From an uncultured Caldisericota bacterium (lineage in GTDB: Bacteria > Caldisericota > Caldisericia > B22-G15), in assembly GCA_964575745.1 (NCBI GenBank), contig CAZNRO010000002.1:1-39526 (forward strand): 39,526 nucleotides of DNA, read 5' to 3'. Every line of letters begins with the position of its first letter. The first letter of the stretch is position 1. Under the pieces are notes generated by a model. The model did not search any database and was not told where the DNA came from. It saw only the letters and a program-made list of their open reading frames with translations. The translations under genes and the position numbers were made by a program. This document shows, piece by piece, positions 25,491 to 34,486 of this stretch.

Positions 25491-28400
25491 TTATGGAGTA
25501 AATATTATTGTAATTTTTCTTTCGCTCCCATTCCACAGTACTTCTGCTCCAAAAGTTTCTGCAATGAACCTCAATGGAACAAAAGTCCTTCCTTTTACAA
25601 TTTTCGGTGCCACGTCAAGGGTAATTTTTTCACCATTAACAATTGCAATTTTACTTCCTATCTGGAGAATGATATTTATATTCTTACTCTCTAAATTTAT
25701 AATTACAGTTTTTGTTTCTCCAATCCAATCAACATCTGCTCCAAATCCTTCTGCTATAAATCTTATGGGAACAAGGGTTCGCCCATTCTCAATGAAAGGG
25801 GAAGCATCAAGTGTATAGCTATCTCCATTTATTTTTGCTTCTTTTTTTCCTATCCAGAGTTCTATTACAATATTTTTCTTTTCGTATATAACTTTTCTAT
25901 TCACTTCTGCAGTATTACCTGCAGAATCATACGCTTTTATATTAATTAAGTTCTCACCAGGGTTTAGTTTTACAATCTTTGCAAATATGCCGCTACTTGA
26001 CACAAGCACTTCTTCTCCATTAATCTCCACTGTAGCATCATTAGATGTATGCCCTCTAATAAGAACAGAGTCTTTATTTGTTTTGTAATTATTAGGTATA
26101 TCAACTTCCAGTGGAAGTGCTGGCTGGATAAGTTTCTTTGTTAAATCATACTCTAAGTAGTAAAATGGTTTATCATCATTGGGATAGTAATCCCAGTTAT
26201 TATCTTCCTCTTCATACCAATACCCTACTCCAACCCAGTAGTTAAATTTTTCAGGGTTACCAATAAGAATTCTCGGGAAGGCTACCTCAACAATATTAGA
26301 ATTATTTCCTATCTTAAAACTCTCGATGTCCTGATACTTTTTCCACTCGCCCTCTGTATATATAGCAACATAGCACTTCATAACTCCTTCCTCATCAGGA
26401 TATATGCCAATATAGAAATCTTCTCCCATACCATTCGTATCTCCTGTTTCTGAATTTTGATCTGCATCGATATCAATTTCAAAAAATACTCCATCCTCAA
26501 ACGGATCATCCCATCCTCTATATGTTGTTATTTTGAAGTAGACATTGGTATCATCGTGCATTACATAAGTATCCTTAAGATCAAATTTTGTTCCTTCATC
26601 TATATCTGTGAACTGATGAATCCATCCTTTTTTCCCAACAATCTGATAAGTAGCAAAATAGGAATCGCTGGGTGCCTGATCCACTATTGGAAATCTTTCT
26701 GGGTCATCACTTACTGCAACCCAATAATTTATAACTTTAGGATTTTCAATAGAAGTAAGGTCTATAGAAAGTATTGCGTAATTTTTACCCTGTTCAATTT
26801 CAAAATCTGGAAGCGAAGCTTCCTCTTTCCATTTATCCTTATCCCATTTATATAAAATTCCTGATAGTTTCCCATAGTTTCCTCCAACAAATAAGGTATA
26901 ATCTTCGCCATTTCCTCCATATGGATAAAGTGGAACACCAGTTGAGGGATTGTTATCGATATCCATTCTTACAATGAATCCGGATCTTAAAGGATTTTGT
27001 ATTGAATTGTATGTTTCAATCTTAAAGAAAATTCTATTTTCGTTAACTCTTACATAGACTTTACTAATATCAATGGTCTTATTCACACTTCTTGGTGATA
27101 TTATAGTGAGATTCCAGTCTGATGAAGTTTCTCTTTTTACGCTGAAGCTCCATGAATATTCTTTATCTAAACTTACTCCAGTTTTTGACATGATTTCTGT
27201 TGTTATATGGACTTCATATGTTGCTCCTTCTTCAAGAGAGCTTTCTGGTGAGAATATAGCTTTATGTAAAGTTTCATCGTAAGAGATAGTTCCAGGTACT
27301 CTTCTTTTACCCTTCATAATAAAAAATGAGTTTTCATTTAATGTATCCTGAATTAAGTCATCTGAGAAAACAACATATACATTTGTATCAGAATTTACAA
27401 TAGAATTATCTTCTGGATAGGTTTCTATAACACTTAAAGGCTTTGTGATTTCTTTAAACATAAATTTTTCATAGTAATTGGCTTCCCCTTGCGGATAATA
27501 GTCAAATTCATCATATATTTCGTCATATATACCTAACCAGTAATTAAATTGATTTCCCTGAAAATACTTACGGGATATAGTAAATACTGCTGTTTTAGAA
27601 TTATTCTCTATACTATAATCCAATACGTCATCTACATACCTCCAGATTTTATCATTCTCATCCCATTTGTTTACATCATGGTAAAATTTATTCATATATG
27701 TTCCAATCCATATAAGATAATCCTCTCCATTTCCATTGTAATCCTTCCCCATGCCTGTATCAGGGTTATTATCTATATCTATATAGAGCCTTATAGAGAA
27801 GTCTGTTTCAGGATTACCCCATTTTCTATAAGAGGTAACTTTAAAGGTAATTGTTTCTTTATCATATTTTATATACAAAGACTTTAAATCTATATGAAAC
27901 CCTTCATCTACATCAGTCCACTGTAAAGTGAAATCTCTTTGGGTTTCACCACCAGCAACTGTAAAGATAAAATTAAAATCTGATGCGAGATAGTTACCAT
28001 CCTTATCCTTAACAGTGGATTTAATTGTCACTGTATATGTTGCACCCCTTTTTAAAGGATTCAATGGTCTGAAATATGCAGTAAATTCATTATCATTGTA
28101 AGTTATGTTTCCTTTTACATACATTTCATCAGTCGATAAAAGAAAGCTATTTTCATTTATGCTCTTTTTATCCATGCTTCTATCAAATTTAACACTTATA
28201 ATTGTGCTTGGAGCCACATCCACTTCGTTGTTTTCTGGTTTTGTGGAAATTATCTGTGGAGATGCGTGCTTTTCTTCAAGGGTATACAAACCTGCTATTG
28301 GATCACCAAATAAATTTAAGTCATAGATATTGTGTGCGAGAGTTTTTCTTATCTGTGTAAACTGGGTATAGTATGTATCTGCATACCACTTGAGGGCATT

Positions 28401-30113
28401 GTTTATTGCTTCTCCTTGAGATTTACCTTCTGAAAGTTCCTTTAGAACAATTGCTCTTAGAGAATAATGAGATGGATTAGTTTCAAAGGAATTATGGGCT
28501 AAATTTGGAAAATACCACCCTGTTCGTGAATTACCTATAAAAGATACCCCTCCGCTCTTTAGAATATTTTTTCCAAGACTGTCTCTATCTGGATAAAGGT
28601 TCAGACAAGAACCAGACACGAATATAGCTGGGGAGTTATCATCAAAATACCTTGTTATCTCATTGGATATAAATGTTTCCCATTTGAATTCATCCCTATC
28701 AGGCTGTCCATTCCTATTGTAGTCTGTTGCCCATATCTTTCTTGCTGTTGAATTCCATGCTCCATGCGCTTCCCATTGGATTAATCCAGGTTTAAGGGTT
28801 CTCTGATAGATTACGAAGTTCTTTGCAGTTATCTCATCGTCAGCTTGATTTGATACAAGTGATGGTTTTATACCTGAAAGCTCATATAAACCTCTATTTG
28901 TAAACCCTTTATCTTTAAAGTAAAGTTCAAATATTCTTTGGTTTATCTCTCCTCCATCTGTATCGTCCTTCCATCTTCCATCCTCTCCGTTCATTGATAA
29001 CCAGGCTCCAAGTGAGAGAATTTTCTTTTTTCTTTCTTCTTCAGTTTTATCCATAAATCTTCTGGATTTTTCAAGAGCATTTTTTATGTTAACTAAATTA
29101 TCAAAGGGTATTCTTCCTACACTTACCTCTGGATGAAAGTCCACATCATCTTCCCCAGGAACTCCAAAGTATCCATCACCATTTGAATCCCAGTCACCAG
29201 TTAAGTCTCTATAATAGAAGTCTGTTGGTATGTTAGAATTTTCTTCATCCCCCTCTTCTCCTGTATACATATATCTCATAGGAATAGACTCAAGAGAACC
29301 AACAAGAAGAACATACTTTATACCGTTTTTGTTATATTCTTCCTTTATAAAGTTTCTTATGCTCTCTGCCTTATCTTTTCCAGTGGAAGGGATATTAGAA
29401 AGTGTAATAACTTCTGTCCTTACTCCTCTTGACTCAAGAAATTTCCTGTGTTCTTCTGCAAGTTTCTTTGCTCTATCTATAGTTATTATTAAATAATCAT
29501 AAGTTGGATTTGAGATAGAGTCAGAGTAAAAGGAGTTAAATGAGTAATAATTCAAAAAATCGTTGTCAAGCTCATTTTTATATACTCTTTCTTTTTTCTC
29601 TGTTCTTAGTGTAATGTCAAATTTAATTTCTTTTACATATGTAAGTTTTGTTCCATCATAGAGGAATGGATAGTATGTAAAGAATAGGAATTTTATACCC
29701 CTTTCGTTTTCAGTTCCGATAAGTTTTAAAGGCGTTAGTACATGTTTGGGTTCTTCGCTATCCTTAAAAACATATCCATTTTCTGAAACAGGATTTTCAC
29801 CAAGAGGAACTCTATACGCTCCCGGAAGCTCAATTTTTTTAACCTCTTTTATTCTATATGAGACAAAACTTGTTCCATTAGGTATTAAAACTTTTATATT
29901 TTTTCGTGGAAGTAGATAGTTATTCTTTGTCCCGATATTTATGAATCCAGGCAGTATAGGTAATACGCAGTTATCTTTGTATTCTTTGAGGGTAAAAGGT
30001 GGTGAGGAAAGTTTGAATGTTAGTTCCGTTGATGCATATATTTTCGGTGAATAGAAGAAAAACAATAAAATTACTACAATTATCAAACTTAAGATTGATT
30101 TTCTTTTCATCAT
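25491..30113 (-). CDS. Large secreted multidomain protein with a peptidase C25 (gingipain-like, clan CD) domain, Ig-like domains, three copies of an unrecognised module and two C-terminal copper-amine-oxidase-N-terminal-like (stalk) domains
   Basis: CGGAGGAC Shine-Dalgarno and a signal peptide. C25-type motifs: YDYLIIT, YVLLVGS..IP, IPTDFYY, VGRIP. Candidate catalytic residues are His450 (WEAHGAW) and Cys503 (VSGSCLN). The C-terminal repeats are GRTLVPIRFIAEGFGADVDW and GRTFVPLRFIAETFGAEVLW. Confidence 0.7.
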   Translation of the reverse strand: MMKRKSILSLIIVVILLFFFYSPKIYASTELTFKLSSPPFTLKEYKDNCVLPILPGFINIGTKNNYLLPRKNIKVLIPNGTSFVSYRIKEVKKIELPGAYRVPLGENPVSENGYVFKDSEEPKHVLTPLKLIGTENERGIKFLFFTYYPFLYDGTKLTYVKEIKFDITLRTEKKERVYKNELDNDFLNYYSFNSFYSDSISNPTYDYLIITIDRAKKLAEEHRKFLESRGVRTEVITLSNIPSTGKDKAESIRNFIKEEYNKNGIKYVLLVGSLESIPMRYMYTGEEGDEENSNIPTDFYYRDLTGDWDSNGDGYFGVPGEDDVDFHPEVSVGRIPFDNLVNIKNALEKSRRFMDKTEEERKKKILSLGAWLSMNGEDGRWKDDTDGGEINQRIFELYFKDKGFTNRGLYELSGIKPSLVSNQADDEITAKNFVIYQRTLKPGLIQWEAHGAWNSTARKIWATDYNRNGQPDRDEFKWETFISNEITRYFDDNSPAIFVSGSCLNLYPDRDSLGKNILKSGGVSFIGNSRTGWYFPNLAHNSFETNPSHYSLRAIVLKELSEGKSQGEAINNALKWYADTYYTQFTQIRKTLAHNIYDLNLFGDPIAGLYTLEEKHASPQIISTKPENNEVDVAPSTIISVKFDRSMDKKSINENSFLLSTDEMYVKGNITYNDNEFTAYFRPLNPLKRGATYTVTIKSTVKDKDGNYLASDFNFIFTVAGGETQRDFTLQWTDVDEGFHIDLKSLYIKYDKETITFKVTSYRKWGNPETDFSIRLYIDIDNNPDTGMGKDYNGNGEDYLIWIGTYMNKFYHDVNKWDENDKIWRYVDDVLDYSIENNSKTAVFTISRKYFQGNQFNYWLGIYDEIYDEFDYYPQGEANYYEKFMFKEITKPLSVIETYPEDNSIVNSDTNVYVVFSDDLIQDTLNENSFFIMKGKRRVPGTISYDETLHKAIFSPESSLEEGATYEVHITTEIMSKTGVSLDKEYSWSFSVKRETSSDWNLTIISPRSVNKTIDISKVYVRVNENRIFFKIETYNSIQNPLRSGFIVRMDIDNNPSTGVPLYPYGGNGEDYTLFVGGNYGKLSGILYKWDKDKWKEEASLPDFEIEQGKNYAILSIDLTSIENPKVINYWVAVSDDPERFPIVDQAPSDSYFATYQIVGKKGWIHQFTDIDEGTKFDLKDTYVMHDDTNVYFKITTYRGWDDPFEDGVFFEIDIDADQNSETGDTNGMGEDFYIGIYPDEEGVMKCYVAIYTEGEWKKYQDIESFKIGNNSNIVEVAFPRILIGNPEKFNYWVGVGYWYEEEDNNWDYYPNDDKPFYYLEYDLTKKLIQPALPLEVDIPNNYKTNKDSVLIRGHTSNDATVEINGEEVLVSSSGIFAKIVKLNPGENLINIKAYDSAGNTAEVNRKVIYEKKNIVIELWIGKKEAKINGDSYTLDASPFIENGRTLVPIRFIAEGFGADVDWIGETKTVIINLESKNINIILQIGSKIAIVNGEKITLDVAPKIVKGRTFVPLRFIAETFGAEVLWNGSERKITIIFTP
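26142..27938 (-). repeat. Three copies of an about 160-aa module (aa 726-886, 998-1158, 1163-1324), with an Ig-like domain between copies 1 and 2
   Basis: Shared pattern: (W/F)TD.DEG...DLK..Y...D....(F)K(V/I)(T/E)(S/T)Y, then (I/M/E)DID(N/A)(N/D)..(T/S)G, then G(N/M)GED(Y/F), then (F/I)NYW(L/V)(G/A)(I/V). Confidence 0.6.
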
Positions 30114-30144
30114 TTAAGTCCTCCGTTTTTTTTATTTTTAATTA

Positions 30145-30172
30145 ATTATAAAAGTAATTTAGGTTTTTTCAA
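30145..30172 (-). promoter_or_regulatory. Candidate promoter for the C25-like gene, overlapping the 3' end of mfd
   Basis: On the minus strand: TTGAAA (30172-30167), a 16-nt spacer, then TATAAT (30150-30145). This is about 30 nt upstream of ATG 30113. Confidence 0.5.
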
Positions 30173-33146
30173 ACACTTTTAAAAATCTGTTTGCAACAGC
30201 TATGGGATCTTTGACTCTATAGATTACTATTTGTGAAGCTGTAAACCTAATTTCATCAAAAAGTTTATTCATTTTTATAATTGTGAATTTATCTATGGGG
30301 GTGTCTTTTGAAGGTTTTATATAGAGTTTATTATTTTCAAAATTCATACTTTTTATTTTGTATTTTTTCATCTTCACATTTATTTTAGAAATCTCAATAA
30401 GATTTTTTAATTCTTCTGGAAGTGGCCCAAATCTATCTATCATTTCTTGTTTTACTTCTCTTATCTCTCTAATAGCAGTAGCTTCGTAAAATTTTCTATA
30501 GATTTTTAACCTTTCCAGTTCATCTTCTATATATGTTCTTGGAATTACTGCAGGGATTTTTAGATCAATTTCGGTAAAAAACTTTATCTTAATAGGCTTT
30601 TTCTTTTTTATTTTCTCAATCTCTTCTGAAAGAAGCTCTGCATACATATCAAAACCTAATGCGTTTATATGTCCACTCTGTTCCTTTCCAAGAATATTCC
30701 CTGCCCCTCTTATTTCTAAATCCCTCATTGCAATCTGAAAACCTGCACCAAGGTGGGTTAACTCTTTTATTGCCTTTAACCTCTCCCTTCCTTTTTCTGT
30801 TACCTTATGTGGAGTATAAAAGAAATAAGCATATGCTTTTCTATCTCTTCTCCCTATTCTTCCTCTAAGTTGATAGAGTTGAGCAAGTCCAAAGTTCTGA
30901 GAGTCAACAACAATTAATGTGTTAACATTTTCATTATCCAAACCAGCCTCTATTATTGTGGTGGATAGGAGAATGTCATACTCTCTATTTATGAATTTCA
31001 TCATTCCTTCCTCTATATCTTTGCTATCAAGAGCACCATGAAGAACAAGAATCCTGGCTTGTGGAACAAGTGAGTGAAGAAATGCCTTTTCTTCCTCTAT
31101 GGTAATGATTTTGTTGTGAACATAGTAAACCTGCCCACCTCTTGAGAGTTCAAATTCTATAGCCTCCTTTATTCTTTTTACATTAAAGGGCTCAACCGTT
31201 GTCTCTATAGGTTGTTTACCGGGTGGTGGAGTTTTTATCAATGAAACTTCTCTTATACCAGATAGAATCATTTCCAGTGTCCTTGGTATTGGAGTTGCTG
31301 TTAAATAAATGACATCCACATCCGTTTTCATCTTTTTAATCTTCTCCTTATGTTCAACACCAAACAGATGCTCTTCATCTACTATAAGGAGACCCAGATC
31401 AAAGAATCTCACATCATTACTTAGCAGTCTGTGAGTGCCAATTATTAGATCTATCTTCCCGTTCCTCAAATCTCTTATTATACTTTTTTGCTTACTTTTG
31501 GGAATAAATCTTGAGATCATTTCTACTCTTATAGGAAGGCTTGCAAATCTTTCTTTTGCAACCTCAAAATGTTGCATAGAAAGAATTGTAGTTGGGGTAA
31601 GAAAAGCTACCTGTTTTCCATTTGCAATAACCCTCAATGCTGCTCTTAAAGCCACTTCAGTTTTTCCATATCCTACATCTCCAGTTACCACTCTATCCAT
31701 AAGCTTTGTGGATTCTAAATCTCTTAAGACCTCATCTATAGCTCTTTTTTGATCAGGTGTTTCTTTAAATGGAAATGAGAGAGCGAACTCTTTTTCCAGT
31801 TCATAAGCTGCTTTAAAGGGTTCTTTCTTTGAAACTTCTCTTTTAGCATAGAGAGCTACAAGTTCCCTTGCTATCCTTTCTGCATCTTTTTTTGCTCTTT
31901 TTACTGCTCTGTTCCACTCGTTTCCTCCAAGACGCGTAAGTTTTATACTACTTTCATCACCAAGATACTTTTTAACTCTGTCTATCTTCTCAATGGGAAC
32001 AAAGAGCTTATCACCCATTTCGTATTCAATGAGCATAAAATCTTTAATTCCTTCCTTCGTTTTTATTGTTGTTAAACCTTTAAATCTACCGATGCCAAAA
32101 TCTCTATGTACAACGAAATCACCTTTTTTTAACTCTGAATAAGAAGTTATCTCTTCAAGAAGGGAGAAAGATACGCTTCTAAAAGGAACAAAAGCTTTCT
32201 TTCTTTTCCTTCCAACAACAGCAATCTTCTTTTCTTTTAATAGGAAATTTTCTTTTATTAGTCCATTTATCTTTTCAACTTCTACATCCTCTTCTCCAAC
32301 AAATATAACCCTGAAGCCAGATGAGCGAAGGTCTTCTATGACCTCCATTGTTTTTTGAAGGCTGTAAAAACTTGGGACAGGAACGAAATCAAAGTTTATT
32401 TCCCCATCCATTTCCATTTTTATATCTATTTTTTTATCTACGTCTAATGAAACATTCCAGCCAAGAAATACCGCATCACTAAATTCATCTTTAAGTCTAT
32501 TTCCTTTTGAAAAGAGAGATATTGAAGTTTTTGTTAAAACATTTATTGATCTTTGATTATATGGGTTAAATTCCCTTATATCCTCAATAACATCTCCATC
32601 GTATACTATTCTTACAGGCTTTAAAAAATCAAAAGGGAAGATATCCACAATTCCCCCTCTTACAGCAAATTCCCCCTTCTCTCTTACAAAATTAACTCTT
32701 TCATAATCATTTGATATGAGCTTAATTAATCTTGTGAAAGAAAATTCTTTTCCCTTTGCTAACTCTAATTTTTCTCTATAGATAGAGATTCTCTCGCTAA
32801 CTACATCTTTTGAAGTAAAAGCAACAAAGCGATTAGATTCTAACATTTTCTTTATGGAGAGAATAAATCTTGATGTGGCTTCTCTATTATCTTTTAAGAG
32901 CTTGGGTATAAAAACTACATTTTTTGACTTTGTAAAATTTATATACTCTTCATATATTTCATAAGCTTCGTTCTCTTCTTCAGTAACAAAGATTATTTTA
33001 TTATTTTTTTGGGAAAGAAAAAAAATTAGAAATGGTACAACTCCTCTTGTTATACCACCTATAGATTTATTTAAGGATTTCTCCTCAAAGAGGAGATTAA
33101 TAAATTCCTTTTTTGTTAGATTTTGAGATTGCTTTTTTCTCGCCAT
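30159..33146 (-). CDS. mfd: Transcription-repair coupling factor Mfd (short form, 995 aa)
   Basis: RNAP-interaction (CarD/TRCF) domain GDFVVHRDFGIGRF. Superfamily-2 translocase motifs GDVGYGKTEVA, LIVDEEH, TATPIPRTL and QLRGRIGR, plus a TRG-like motif. The only canonical start, ATG 33146, overlaps pth by 50 nt. Confidence 0.9.
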   Translation of the reverse strand: MARKKQSQNLTKKEFINLLFEEKSLNKSIGGITRGVVPFLIFFLSQKNNKIIFVTEEENEAYEIYEEYINFTKSKNVVFIPKLLKDNREATSRFILSIKKMLESNRFVAFTSKDVVSERISIYREKLELAKGKEFSFTRLIKLISNDYERVNFVREKGEFAVRGGIVDIFPFDFLKPVRIVYDGDVIEDIREFNPYNQRSINVLTKTSISLFSKGNRLKDEFSDAVFLGWNVSLDVDKKIDIKMEMDGEINFDFVPVPSFYSLQKTMEVIEDLRSSGFRVIFVGEEDVEVEKINGLIKENFLLKEKKIAVVGRKRKKAFVPFRSVSFSLLEEITSYSELKKGDFVVHRDFGIGRFKGLTTIKTKEGIKDFMLIEYEMGDKLFVPIEKIDRVKKYLGDESSIKLTRLGGNEWNRAVKRAKKDAERIARELVALYAKREVSKKEPFKAAYELEKEFALSFPFKETPDQKRAIDEVLRDLESTKLMDRVVTGDVGYGKTEVALRAALRVIANGKQVAFLTPTTILSMQHFEVAKERFASLPIRVEMISRFIPKSKQKSIIRDLRNGKIDLIIGTHRLLSNDVRFFDLGLLIVDEEHLFGVEHKEKIKKMKTDVDVIYLTATPIPRTLEMILSGIREVSLIKTPPPGKQPIETTVEPFNVKRIKEAIEFELSRGGQVYYVHNKIITIEEEKAFLHSLVPQARILVLHGALDSKDIEEGMMKFINREYDILLSTTIIEAGLDNENVNTLIVVDSQNFGLAQLYQLRGRIGRRDRKAYAYFFYTPHKVTEKGRERLKAIKELTHLGAGFQIAMRDLEIRGAGNILGKEQSGHINALGFDMYAELLSEEIEKIKKKKPIKIKFFTEIDLKIPAVIPRTYIEDELERLKIYRKFYEATAIREIREVKQEMIDRFGPLPEELKNLIEISKINVKMKKYKIKSMNFENNKLYIKPSKDTPIDKFTIIKMNKLFDEIRFTASQIVIYRVKDPIAVANRFLKVFEKT

Positions 33147-33681
33147 AGTTTATAAATGTCTTTAAAATTTCTTCCCCCAGATAGAAGGCTTTAGATATAA
33201 GTTTTTTATCTTTTAGAGGCACTCCTGATAAAACATAATTTACCATATCAAGTTCATCTAAAGGTCTTCCTATTCCAAACCTTAATCTAAAGAAGTCTTT
33301 TGAGTTTAAATGATGTATTATTGATTTAACACCTTTATGACCTCCATCACCTCTATCTTTTATAAAGTGAACCCCACCAGGTGGGAGGTCAACATCGTCA
33401 TGTACTATCACAAGCTTTTCAAGAGGGAGATCCAAATTACTTACAATCTCTTTTACAGCTTCTCCAGAGAGATTCATATATGTAAGAGGTTTTGCAAGTA
33501 TTATCCTCTCCTCTTTATCATCAAAAACAACAACTCCTTCACCTATTTCACTTTTCCACTTTAGGGTATCAATTTTTATTCTCCATTTTTTGGAAATAAA
33601 ATTAATAAAATCAAAACCTAAATTGTGTCGTGTTCCAATGTAATCAATTCCAGGATTTCCAAGTCCTACTATGACATACAA
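33097..33681 (-). CDS. pth: Peptidyl-tRNA hydrolase
   Basis: N-terminal VGLGNPG..Y..TRHNLGF plus VVHDD.DLP.G and GHKG motifs. 194 aa. Confidence 0.9.
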   Translation of the reverse strand: MYVIVGLGNPGIDYIGTRHNLGFDFINFISKKWRIKIDTLKWKSEIGEGVVVFDDKEERIILAKPLTYMNLSGEAVKEIVSNLDLPLEKLVIVHDDVDLPPGGVHFIKDRGDGGHKGVKSIIHHLNSKDFFRLRFGIGRPLDELDMVNYVLSGVPLKDKKLISKAFYLGEEILKTFINYGEKKAISKSNKKGIY

Positions 33682-33712
33682 ACTATCCTTCCTTATTTTG
33701 TTAAAAGAATTT

Positions 33713-34384
33713 TTATTCTTCTTTCTTCTCCTCTTCCTTTACCTCTGCTTCTTTCTTTTCCTCTTCAGCAGCAGCCTCTTCTTCCTCTAACTCTTCCTCT
33801 GCAGGTACTGCTTCCACAACCTTTTCTGGCTCGGATACTGTTACTACAGTTTCCTCTGGAGGAGTGATTACTTTTACATCACCTTCAATTTTAATCTCTC
33901 CCACGTGAACAGAGTCTCCAATCTCAAGTTCAGTTACATCAACTTCAATTACTGATGGAAGGTCTAATGGCTTTGCTTCAATTTCAATTTCATGTAAAAC
34001 TTGGTAAAGTACTCCACCTTCTTTAACTCCCTTGGATTCTCCAACAAGATGTACTGGAATTTTTGCGTATATCGGTTTTTTAAGGGAGACGGAATAGAAA
34101 TCTGCATGAATAATCATGTCAGTAACTGGATGAAACTGAACATCCTGAAGCAGTGTTATAAACTTTTCCTTAGTTTCTTCTATTTCAAGATCTATAAGAA
34201 AATCTTCATACCTTCTCTTTCTTAATAGCCTTAAAAGTTCACCATGAGCCACAGAAATTATTTTGCTTTCTTCTATTCCTTCACCATAGATTACTGCGGG
34301 CACAAAACCTTCCTCTCTTAATTTTCTTAAGTCACTTTTCTTTTCAGTTTTTCTCTCATAGGCTTTAAGTGGTATCTTCTTCAT
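33713..34384 (-). CDS. rplY: 50S ribosomal protein L25, long Ctc/TL5 form, with acidic Glu/Lys-rich tail
   Basis: The N-terminus LR..G.VPAVIYG and a two-domain length of 223 aa. AAGGAGGAA Shine-Dalgarno. It sits immediately upstream of pth, a common arrangement. Confidence 0.85.
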   Translation of the reverse strand: MKKIPLKAYERKTEKKSDLRKLREEGFVPAVIYGEGIEESKIISVAHGELLRLLRKRRYEDFLIDLEIEETKEKFITLLQDVQFHPVTDMIIHADFYSVSLKKPIYAKIPVHLVGESKGVKEGGVLYQVLHEIEIEAKPLDLPSVIEVDVTELEIGDSVHVGEIKIEGDVKVITPPEETVVTVSEPEKVVEAVPAEEELEEEEAAAEEEKKEAEVKEEEKKEE

Positions 34385-34455
34385 ATCTTTAATTCCTCCT
34401 TAATCTTTTTTCATAACTATCTTAATGATTATACAATATGTTGACATCCATATAA

Positions 34456-34483
34456 AGTTTATACATTTATTTTATCTTGTCAA
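34456..34483 (-). promoter_or_regulatory. Candidate promoter of the L25-pth-mfd unit
   Basis: On the minus strand: TTGACA (34483-34478), a 16-nt spacer, then TAAACT (34461-34456). A second TGTATAAT lies further downstream. Confidence 0.5.
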
Positions 34484-34486
34484 AGG

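Noticed and set aside
33097-33146. A 50-nt overlap between the pth 3' end and the only canonical mfd start could indicate a frameshift or pseudogene.
   Set aside because: Both ORFs are full-length with all catalytic motifs intact, pth has its normal length of 194 aa, and there are no internal stops. It is a long but plausible overlap, or mfd uses a non-canonical start. The short Mfd (995 aa) is consistent with the compact forms seen in other thermophiles.
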